Assembly: GCA_002633005.1 (NCBI GenBank) | Contig: NMRA01000081.1 | Location: 189,625-253,624, forward strand | Reading direction: 5' to 3' | Length of the DNA stretch: 64,000 nt | Origin: Phoronis australis | Lineage: Eukaryota > Animalia > Phoronida | Position numbers and translations under genes: made by a program | Shown here: positions 35,701-47,700 of the stretch, in pieces | How the letters are laid out: each line of letters starts with the position of its first letter | Position numbering within the stretch: the first letter of the stretch is position 1 | Notes under the pieces: model-generated | Database searches by the model: none | Seen by the model: the letters and a program-made list of their open reading frames with translations, nothing else | What the model was told of the DNA's origin: nothing

Positions 35701-38700
35701 GGTAAGAAGTTTTGGTTTATTATGTTTTAGGCCCTGGTGAGGTAAAGTCATCTGTTCCATTATGCACCTGTATAGATGTTGTTATCTAACAGTTAAATGC
35801 TTCAGATTATATGAGGGTTATAATCAAAGCATTGGAAAATTTGTGCTCTATACATATTATGTGAGGGTAACATCTATTGTTGGTCAGTCCCTTTGCTGCC
35901 ACTCCAACAATGCCATTATGTACAACCTATCACTGTTTGCCCCAAGGTGTGGTGTATCTTCAGGTGCACTTGCCTTATCTCCCTGGATTTGACCAATCGC
36001 ACTGTTCTGTGTCCTCCATGCCTACTTGAAGGACCTGCAAGTGCTTCACTGTTTAATGGGCTTTACTTCCCTCATTAAACAACCATTTGGGATATTTGTC
36101 TTTCAGGCACAATACAGCTAATGGTCTATTCTCATTGTTTTTCCATCTGGTGATGGTTGTTTAGATTGTTGCCTACAATCAGTTTGGTTGAAGTTGTCTG
36201 ACAATCTGTCTGTGAATAGTTGGCCCATCTGTGCTAAAGCACTCTGGAGAAGACTGACTGGGAATAACTGTATGAGCTGAACTTGCTAATGACACCAAGA
36301 GGAGAGTGCCTTGAACATAACAGTGCTGTCCAACCAGGGAGATGATAATTTTATTGAAACTTCACCTATTCGCATAGACAGTTGGGTCAGGACTCGATTT
36401 GGCGACCTGCCACTCGCCAGTGCGAGGGTATGTTTTATTGGCGACACAGTAAAAGTCCCAAGTAGCTGCGTAGCCACCAGATTTTTTCGAGTTGCAGCCA
36501 AGTCAGACAATTAGGAATTCAGTTCGAAATTGATGGTGACTTCCCAGCTTTAAATATTAAAAACATTTGTTACCAAAAACAATACTTTAGTGAAAACAAT
36601 TGTTCTGTTTATTTCATCAAATAAGTACGTCTGTCACTCTCAGCATACATCGGAGCACGCACTCTAACTACTACAGGAAGTAGTTGTACTGCATTTTCGT
36701 GCGGCCATTTGTTCCTTGCGCTGTGGCAAGTTCCAGATGTTCCAATGGTTTATGCAGGCCAGGACACTTGGAGGGTTTCCTTGTTTTGGTGAGCTCATTT
36801 CAAATTTAGCAACCGCCCCCCCCGCAATGTTTGCAGGTCTCATCTGCCCAGTTGAATATAAACAGTGGTGCTGGTGTCACGGTGTGGTGCTGGTGTCACG
36901 GTGTGGTGCTGGTGTCANNNNNNNNNNNNNNNNNNNNNNNNNNNNNNNNNNNNNNNNNNNNNNNNNNNNNNNNNNNNNNNNNNNNNNNNNNNNNNNNNNN
37001 NNNNNNNNNNNNNNNNNNNNNNNNNNNNNNNNNNNNNNNNNNNNNNNNNNNNNNNNNNNNNNNNNNNNNNNNNNNNNNNNNNNNNNNNNNNNNNNNNNNN
37101 NNNNNNNNNNNNNNNNNNNNNNNNNNNNNNNNNNNNNNNNNNNNNNNNNNNNNNNNNNNNNNNNNNNNNNNNNNNNNNNNNNNNNNNNNNNNNNNNNNNN
37201 NNNNNNNNNNNNNNNNNNNNNNNNNNNNNNNNNNNNNNNNNNNNNNNNNNNNNNNNNNNNNNNNNNNNNNNNNNNNNNNNNNNNNNNNNNNNNNNNNNNN
37301 NNNNNNNNNNNNNNNNNNNNNNNNNNNNNNNNNNNNNNNNNNNNNNNNNNNNNNNNNNNNNNNNNNNNNNNNNNNNNNNNNNNNNNNNNNNNNNNNNNNN
37401 NNNNNNNNNNNNNNNNNNNNNNNNNNNNNNNNNNNNNNNNNNNNNNNNNNNNNNNNNNNNNNNNNNNNNNNNNNNNNNNNNNNNNNNNNNNNNNNNNNNN
37501 NNNNNNNNNNNNNNNNNNNNNNNNNNNNNNNNNNNNNNNNNNNNNNNNNNNNNNNNNNNNNNNNNNNNNNNNNNNNNNNNNNNNNNNNNNNNNNNNNNNN
37601 NNNNNNNNNNNNNNNNNNNNNNNNNNNNNNNNNNNNNNNNNNNNNNNNNNNNNNNNNNNNNNNNNNNNNNNNNNNNNNNNNNNNNNNNNNNNNNNNNNNN
37701 NNNNNNNNNNNNNNNNNNNNNNNNNNNNNNNNNNNNNNNNNNNNNNNNNNNNNNNNNNNTTGTTCGTTGTCTCCAATATTGAAAGTAGGCTTTGACAACA
37801 GATCTGCACTGGATGGGAAGATCTTGTTGGTTAGCTGCAGTCAAATGCTAAAAACCAATTTTTGTCCATTCAGGGACGGTGCAGAAGCGATACGTATCCC
37901 CTCTGCACGGTACAAGCCTTCAAACCTAAAAAACAAAGGTTACGTGAAAACTGACGTGATAGATTTCCATTTCAACGCGTAATAGATTTCCAGAAGACAT
38001 ATGATAGGGAGTAAACAAATACTAGTCTAATGCAATGGATATTTATCACTCACGTACCCTTTGCCATTGGGATTGGATTGTAATCTTACTGACTCGTTAA
38101 CCTGTATCGAGTTGACACCATAAACATTCAGCATTGATTGATATAACTGTCACTGATAAACTTTTAGAAATCATTCCAAACAATAATAATGCTTTGATGT
38201 ACGAAAAGATCCCGATTGCTACGTCAAGTATCGTATCACATATCACAACGTACAAAGATTAACCAGACTCTGGCTGGCGACTGACTGCCGCGAAGTCGAC
38301 ATCGGCGAGTGCCTCAGTTAACAGGCATCGGTAGAATAATCATGGAATAATCGTTAAAATAATCACAAACCTTACCTTTGTATGATGTCGTGCTTACTTC
38401 CTCTCATAGAAGCACCCTTTTTACGCAATCTCAGATTTAGTTGGCACGGCTGAAAGCCATTTCACCATGTATTTAAAGGGCTCGCGAAATCGAGGCTGTT
38501 AATCTATCACCACTAGTACACGCACGCCCTCTAGTTATTGTAGATTTTCCGAATAGCCCCATTGTCACTGGTATCCTGCTGTTAAGCTGCTGTGTTCAAT
38601 CTTTTTACATGAATGACTCATGACTGGCCTAGACAGCTGCTGAAGGATAAAGCAGCTTACATTTTAGACATATCAGATTCACAATTGAGTTTCCAAAAAT

Positions 38701-41700
38701 GGCTGTCTTGTATTGTACCTATTCAGACACTATTTTCTGTCTTTTGTCACTTGTAAACTGTGCAGGTTTGAGGCTTTGAGCCCCAGGCAAGTCTTAAAAT
38801 AACCTCACCCTGCTAACATGTATCTCATTTAGAATCTGAAATAACAGAAACTTGTTGTTCTTATGTGACGGTTTTGCTTTTCATCAAACTTATGTCAAGT
38901 TTCATAGGTACTTGTTAATTAACCTATCTGAATTTCAATGAGAACGAAAGGATTTTTTCCTCTAAAAGTCCAATTCTTGAGTTGAAAGCAGTTCACAGAT
39001 TCATTTTGTAGCCATACATTTTCATTCGTGGTTTCACAGCCAATTGAGATTTCCAAGACATTATCTTTTGCATTTTCTTATTTTCATGTTGCCATATTCT
39101 GACAGATTTATGACTTGTAAAAACAAACACGATTCAGTCGTTTCACTGATATGTAAACATTCAACCACTTCTTTCTGTCTGCCATTACTATTATTTGTTT
39201 TTAAGCTGTTTTGAGGGCCATTCTAAATTCTTGTCCAAACATTAGTTGTTATGCTGCATGTATGAATTACTAAAGCGTGAGCCTTACACAGTGCCATCTG
39301 GTGACTGAGGTATCCATGATTGATAATGCACCCACGATTAACATCCTTATTATTTCTGCAGAATTATCAAGTTACAGTATGATGGTCTTGCCTTTTACAT
39401 TTCTGTTTCTAAGTTCCATACACCAACAGCCTTGTCATCTTGTTTTCTGAACCACGTTTGCAAAATCTTTTGATTTTTGAACAAGTTGGAGTAGAACAGC
39501 AAGCAGGCAATTGAGCAATTTTCATTTTTGAAAATATGTAGATAGTTCTGAAATGGTTAAATTTTCATTTGCTGCTTGTCAGGATACAACATATCTAGTT
39601 ACCAGTTTCCAGAGACACTTGATTTGTAGAGTGTCAATCATGGGTAAACACTTTGTGAGCTAAGTTACCTATAAATAATAGGACACAATTGGTCATTTCC
39701 CATTAAAATGTCCATAAACCTTTTCTTTTAATCTGACAATGTGAAAATGGATTTGTTGCATGCAGGTGAACATGATTGTAGATTAGGAACAATCAAGTTG
39801 GATATTTTGTTGCCATAAATATGTAGAACGTTAATAAGTAAGCTTCCACTGTTACAAGTATCAATTGGTGTGTTGGTATTATAACACCTGCATTTTTATG
39901 ATAGGAGTGCAAAATTATTGATTAATGATGTAGGCCATCTGTTTTGATTTTTGATGAATTATTAACTTTGCGAACAGTGTTTAACGTGGTCACAGTCGAA
40001 GTGTGTTGTGATGTACACAATTTGGTAAATTGACAGCGATAGAGTACCGTATAGTTCATCACAAAATCCCTTTGCAGTAGAAATGCTGTCTCATCTGCAA
40101 ATCAAACTCGCAGTCCACCATGTTGAATTGAAGGAGTTCGCCCAAAAGTTTGCCTTCAAACTATGGTGTCAATAGTTGAATATTAATGGGTACCAAATAA
40201 TTGTTGTTGGTTTTCCTTTGGATAAGCTTTGATTTCAAGTATGTTCTGATAACGAAGTTTTGAGCTCGCCTTAAATCTCATTTACGCGACTAGTTTACTA
40301 CTGACATAGAATAAGGTGAAACGGCGCAACTACCGTATGTGTGTAAACAGAAGTTGACACAAACGAGGTGTTCATTTCTGAGGTAGAACAACTCGCACCT
40401 GATCATCTCATTTTGTGTCAGTTATATAATTATATCTAAACACAAAACTGTGACAAGGTGGATAGGCATACTTACTGGTGATAATTTTTGCACCTTATTT
40501 ATGAATTTGTCTTTTAGTTCTCTGAGCAATTTTTTCCAATAATTTCTTCAAAACTTGCATTATTTTTTCTTTCTCAGCTGCTACAGCAAATACCGCCATT
40601 TACAACCCTGAGCATGGGCACTCCAACTAATTGTTTACAACTAGACAATGTCACAGCCTCTACTTAGCAACTCGGTGATGCTCCTATAGGAGTTCCTCCT
40701 TAGGAGGCCTTTGATGTCTCCATTTCCTTCGAACTCAAACAAGTACTCCCATAATCAAACTTTTTTTTGAACAGTCCTTCATTCAGTTTCTCTAATTGGC
40801 AAGTGGCCATTTTTAAAACTGCACGCGCCAAAAGATATGACGTCATTTCTCCTGGCTCACGCAGTGTTGAAAATGGCCAGTTCGGGCAACTGAACGAAGG
40901 ACTGCTCGAAAAAAGTTTGGTTACAGCAGTTAAAGACAGTGATATGGCCTCCTAAGGTGTCCCTCTATGTGCAAAAGGTACTTATAGCAATGTGACTTTT
41001 ATGAGGCATAATACGCCGAAAAGCTTTCGGCATATCAAGCGCTTATGGGAGCAGCAATGTCTACTGCTAAGTAGTACTGTCTTGTATGTTACTTGCACCT
41101 TGCCACTGTATCTGAGTTGTGTGTGTGTTTGTAGAGTTCCTGTTGGTACCGATCTTGCACGGTGTTGCATATAGCATTGTTGGGGGCTTAATTCACTTTC
41201 TGATGTGCTGTTGAGGTGTTTCAGTTTACCAATGATTTGTACAATATTGGCTCAAATTTTTTTCCTACCCGAAACCACATATTGCATTCTATAGAATTTA
41301 GTTGCAAAATGGCTTTTCTTCTGTGAAGGAAGTGTATTTGCTACTTTGTTTATTTAAAATTGATTTAGCCCCATTACGTTCATGAAATGGGTCTCGTTCA
41401 TGAAATGGGTCTCGTTCATGAAATGGGTCTCACTTCATTTCTTACTGTGACAGGATTCCAGTCCTGTTACCAACTCAAGTCACAGGCAATGCCTACACGT
41501 ACCATTTTCCATTTCTAGGGTTTGCAAACCTCAATAAACTCTGAAGCGTTTTCTTGTGTCGCTGAAAGTTTTGATGATAGTTTCAGGACCTAGGTTTTTT
41601 TAGGAAAATGTACATTCATGGGTACCATTAATAGCAAAACAACAGGGTCGTTAACATGACCAAATTTTGCATGATATAAATGTTCAAGATAAAATCTCAA

Positions 41701-44700
41701 AAACGCTGTTAAAGTTTTCTAATTAATTGTTTCGTTTTCATTCTATGAGACTAAGTTTTCCATAAAAATCGCATACATCCTATTTCTGATAGCCCCTCAT
41801 GCAAAAGTGGGATATTTTGAAAACAATTCCTATCATCATTTCGGCGATCAGTGCACAAAGCAAAGTTTCATGGGAATATGGTCTCCCATTTCTGAGATGT
41901 GATGTTCCTAAGTTGGCATAATTGGCCTGCGTCACCTTAACTGTCTCCATCACATATGGCGATTCTGCTGCAGCACTAGTATTTTGTCATGCATTACTTT
42001 TTTGCTTAGCAAAGTATGGATTTTCACACAAATAGTGTTCCCTGCTGGAGTGTAATCTTCATTCATGTCAGAGTTAAGATACTTGCCCTATCTTGTTGCT
42101 TTCATAGCACTGTGATCTTGAACACCAGAATGCCCTCAAATGATATCAGCTAATGTTACTTAGCAACTGGGTATCTTACTTGTAAGACTCCAGTTCTCTG
42201 TGATTGCGTAGCCTTGTAGAAATAGTTTCAGATCGCCTTGCTGTATTATTCGTAACACCTTTCGTTCTGTCACCTTTTTTCGATTCTTTGTGGTCCACTT
42301 AGAGATGTCGGAACTGAGCTTTAGAACATGGTTCCTCTGGATTTGAGATATTGGTTCCAGTCTGCTTTCGGATGGATTTACCTGTTCTTTGCATCGTTAT
42401 TAGGTTTGATAGAGGTACCAGGATTCTGATGCGATTCTAATACTGCTTAGTGTCTGTGATTGTGATGCATTCACTCGTGCAAAAACGAATTAATTAGAGT
42501 CTGGTTTGAGTAGTTATAGATTTTCACTATCAAAATAACATTAGTATTTACTGCAGCTGTTTTTCTTTGGGAAGTATAGTTTTCGTGGTGTACAGTTTTT
42601 ATGCACAGGAGTACGTGTATAAGATCAATTTGGATTTCAAGTGAGGTGAAAGATTCATGTCTGTAAAGTCATTTTAAGTGTTTTTGTCTGTTTTCAGTCA
42701 TATAGTCACAGTTATTGATGAGTCATGTAGTTGTGGTAGTCATCTGAGTTCTTACATTCAGTGTTCTTCCTACATTTAGTCAAACATGGTGGTGCTTAAT
42801 GTTGGAAATGTTTTGCACAAAGTTTAGAAATCTCGAGCCATGTTTGAAAAGCCAGAGTTTTGTCCGTTTTACCTGACAAATGATTGGAATACTGTGGTAC
42901 TTAGTAGTGCTGTAAAATGCTGGTGATGTACCTAGCTAGTGAAAACAATGTGTAACTATTAGTGTGGTTACTTTTGTGGATTAACAGAGGGGAGATTAGG
43001 ATGGGAAAACATGATGTGCAATTTGCATCGTGTTGAGCTTTTGCCCTGTACATGACATAACAGTTCTGTGTTTGGTGTTTTACAATGCTCACTTTGAAAA
43101 TGAGGTGTAGTGGTCGGAAGTGAACCATGTTCGTGAAAAATCGGTTGCAAAATTATCTGTGAGGTTGCCTCATCGTTTTCACAATTTCGCTCTTAACAAT
43201 GATATGCTAGTCTGTTTATCGGTGATGTTTTTGCAGGCTAAAACAGAGGATCAGGTCGAGACAGAGAAAGCGTGGCTCAGTGCTGAGCAGGTGTGGCTGG
43301 TGCATAAGGGAGGCTATGCGAGGGCGACCCTTCTGAAGGCCAATGGGGCCAGTGACCTGCCTGAGGGCAGGTGTAAAGTAAAGTTGGAGCATGGAGGGGA
43401 GGTCCTGGAGGTGGACGAGGATGACGTGGAAAAGGTAAGGAGGCGGGGCCTGCAGGGTGGGGGTGTATTTGATGAGCTGTTGAGCTGTAAATGGGAGAGG
43501 AGGTATTGGATGTGGATGAGGACAACATTGAGGAGGTAAGGGGGGAGTGGCTAGGGTTCCGGCGTGTGGTCAAGGAGTAGCTGAACTGTAAATATTAGAG
43601 ATGGTCTTGGAGATGAACGAGGATGACGTAGAAAAGGCAAGGGATAGTGGACTAGAGAACAGGAAACTTGGTCAATGAGTCCTTAGGGTTTGCATGTGAA
43701 GGGAGGTACTGTAGGGGTGAGGATAGTGAGGGGTGAGGATAGTGAGGGGTGAGGATAGTGTGGAGAGGGTAAGGAGGAGGATCTTTGAGTGTTAAGGGTG
43801 CGTTCAGGGAGTAGTTGAGTGGTAGATATATGGGCTTGAAGGGGCGTGTTCAGCAGTTTGTTCTGAAACGCCTTTCATGCTGTTTCTCGCAACATTTAAA
43901 CCCGTTTCTGTTGCTGACATTCCACTGCTGTTTCAGTGCAACCCACCCCAGTATGATCGCGCTGAAGACCTTGCTTCTCTGCGGTATCTCAACGAGTCCA
44001 GTGTATTGCACAGCCTGCGTCAGCGGTTTGGTGGTAACCTAATGCACACCTACGGGGGACCGTCAATGATCGTTGTCAACCCTATGCATCCACTCTCTGT
44101 CTACTCGGAAAAGGTTTGTTTGCACCACTGAAGTTTGTGTGTTTGTTACTAGAACTTCTCTGACATAGGACACCAATGTTTGCATTAAGGATAGGCAGAT
44201 CATCAGTTTAAGAACTATTGTTTGGTTAGCAAGGCATTTATATGTAGCGTTGGTGCCATTTGTGCCAACATTAATTGGAGTGTGAAACTTTAAAAAAACA
44301 ATTCTCAACAGGCTTTTGGTGAACAGTGAACTAAGGATAGGCTGTGAAAATTTCACATGAATCTGATCAGCCTTTTCTGAACTATGTTGTTCCAATTATT
44401 CAAATTTGGAATTTTTTAGCATCCTTTATTATTGTTCCACTTGTTCATTTTACTTGTATTGTTTACTGAACAGAGGTCACAAGTGTTCATTCTTGCCATA
44501 GGTCATCATGATGTTCAAAGGGTGTAAACAGGAGGACATGCCTCCCCACATCTACGCCTCGGCCCAGATGGCCTATCGCAACATGCTAGCTACACGCCAT
44601 GACCAATCATTGGTGTTTATGGGTGCCAGTGGCTCGGGCAAGACGACCAACGCACGACACATCCTGCATTATTTTGCAGTGGCTGCAGGAGGCGCTCACA

Positions 44701-47700
44701 GCACTCTCACTGGTCAGTCTTGTGTATTTGAAAAGTCCATACCATATAAGACTCCTGTTTCGATACCACTGTCTTTATGCGAGTATATTTTCTGTAAAAA
44801 TGAGTGCTAGCCTACACGACAAGTTTATATGATTTTTTGTATATCTAAAACCAGCTGTAAAATGAAATATTTTTGCCTTTAACATAAATATGTCTGTTTG
44901 TGAAAGTGAAACCTACCGATCTACCGATCTCAGAGTAGTAAGGATTGGTTGAGAGCAACAGGCTTAAAAGACATAAACTGGCCTACACCTTAAAGCCTTA
45001 ACTACTTTGGCTCACATAACCCATTATTAGTCTCGTGTCCAGAATTGTTCTAATTACCAAGCTGTTTCTGTACTGTAACTTGTGACTTGTGTTTCAGTTG
45101 ACAAGCTCAATGCCATGACGTTGTTGCTCGAGGCATTCGGCAACAGTAGGACGGTAATGAACACCAATGCCACGCGCTTCACGCAGGTGACATCACTGGA
45201 TTTTGATCGCGCCGGTCTGATCGCCTCCGCCTCTGTACAGCTACTGATGCTTGAGAAGAATCGCGTGGTGCGACGACCGGAAGGCGAGCCCACATTCCAT
45301 ATTTTCTACCAGCTCGTGTCTGGCGTGGAGACACGGCTGAGAAATGAGCTTCATTTGACCACGACCAACGAACCGAACTTGTTCATGACTCCACTGCAAA
45401 GGGTATGTAATCCACTACCAGCCTGTGTTGACAAGGAGGCATCTCAAATCGGCATACAAATTTGGTTCCTCTTTAGTATTGATAGCTGAAACAACCATTA
45501 TACAGAGTTCAATTGTGAAACTTTTTTTCCTGCCTCGTTAGAATATTTGATAAAGAGTTATGCTTGTGTGTTTACAAGAACTTTTCTATCTTGAACTGTA
45601 GTCAGAAGAAATACTCCTACAACTAAACCTTTGTTTGTAACTTAGGTATATTTATTTTTCCTTTTTATTGAACCAAGTTTTGCGCTGGTACAGTTTTTCA
45701 AATCACATAATATTCTGCTCATGAATCAGTAATCAAAATCCCCTTTTGTCTTCAATTTTGTTGTGTTTTGTCTCTTCAAGAGTTTTTCATTTCATGTTGT
45801 TCAGTTTCCATGTATTAATAATTCATCTAGACTGAGGATAAACAGCGTGCGACACAGAACTGGGCCAAGATTCAGGAAGCCATGTTAGCCCTGGGAATCA
45901 AAGAGGAGGAGTCTAGCGCCATCTATAGTGTATTGGCTGCCATATTCCACCTGGGCGTTGCCGGGGTCATGAAAGGTTGTCCAGCGTGATGTTAGGGATT
46001 GCCCACAACAATCACTATTTCACCAGTGCGCTACAATAATCACTGTTTCACCAGTGCGCTTTTCCCTTCCCCAGGAAGTGTTAAAAAATGCTGATGTTTT
46101 TTAGATCAGGATTTATTTACACAAAGTGTATGTATACGTCAGCCATCATGAAAGTACCCAGATGTTCCTGCCAAAGAATCACGGCACTGTTAAAGTTGCT
46201 GGTTGTTTCATAATGTCTTAAACGATGTGAAAAAACAGAAACTAAAGCATTGATTTTTGTCTTTTGGCGTTGCTATTTTTATGATTAGCATATGCTCTAA
46301 AGTAGACATTCTGTAGACTTGTGAATATGGCGATACTTGTGAGCAGTTCCTTGCTTTCTATTTCCTAAACACCGATTATTAGGTAACGCTACTGATTTAC
46401 ATTGCTGGTTAGCTCACCTGAGTTATTCACATGATTTGAAGAGGCTGGTTTTACTGAGCTCAGAACAGTTGTAAAAGTGACTTCAGACTTATTATGGTCC
46501 TATTTCACAATTAGTGAATAAAGATTTAGCTATATTAATATTAGCACATCATAATCTTGAAATAATTTATACAATTTATCACTGTGACTACAAGTAATAG
46601 GTATGTTATCAGAGACTTTGAATTTTTGCTAAAGCGACATTTAAATATTTTTCAGAAATAGATGTGTGAAGCACAAGACCAAATTTCTGACTTATATCCC
46701 TGTTCATGTTTAGAGAGTAGTCAGTGTGGCCTAGTGGGATAGGTGTCTGCTTCCCTGTTCATTTTTAGAGAGTAGGCAGTGTGGCCTATTGGGATATTAT
46801 ATCCCTGTTCATTTTTAGAGAGCAGTCAGTGTGGCCTATTGGGATAAGTGCCTGCTTCCTTTACTCAAAGTCGTAGGTTTGAGTCTCACTGGGCTGCACT
46901 GTTTTAGGCCCTTGAGTCAGGGCTCTAGCTCCTCAACTCGGTTTTCAGTGTATACTACTAAATCAGATAATTCCATGTGATCAGTGCAATTGGCGCACCT
47001 GAGCGGCCTGCACACGTCTCGAACATTTTTCTTGAAACCTTAGGAGAGTGTGTGCACGTCTTTGACACTTCTACCTTACCCATGAACCCTAAAAAACACT
47101 TTATATTAACTATTACTTTTTTAGGTGCTAACAATAAGCCAATGTTTGCCAAGCACACGTCTGCTCAAAAGGCGGCAGCACTGCTGGGCACAGAGGTTGA
47201 GGAACTCAGTCAGAATATTTTCAACCCGACCGCCGTCTCCAACAGATCTGGCTCGCTCAGGTAGGTAGCGCTACAAGGCGCAGTCTGTCCTGGTAGCATA
47301 CGACATTGTGACAATTATTCTTGGTGTCGGTGCATATCGTTTAAACTGCAAATGTCAACAGCTCGATGTTTATTATTATTATTGTCCTGTCTGTAGGAAC
47401 TTGTAGTTGAATGATTGTGTATATTCAAAAGAAAGTTCATTCTATCACTGGGCTTGTATTACTTGGCTTGCTTGCATCATCGTTCGGAGGACTCGCTGAC
47501 TCACAATGTAAGTCCATTATTGAATTAAATTTTCTCATGAATATCTCCAACTGGACATGGAAAGTCTTACAGCAAGTTACGTCTATATATCCGTGCTATG
47601 TTCTCCATGTGGCTTTTCATTCAGATCACCATCACCGTCCATGGGAGACAAGCCAGCCGATGACAAGGTGTCCGGTCTTGATGCCCTGGAGGGCTTCGTG

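Noticed and set aside
36716-37982. Long ORFs of 300-383 aa on both strands
   Set aside because: They arise from translating through the N-gap at 36918-37759.
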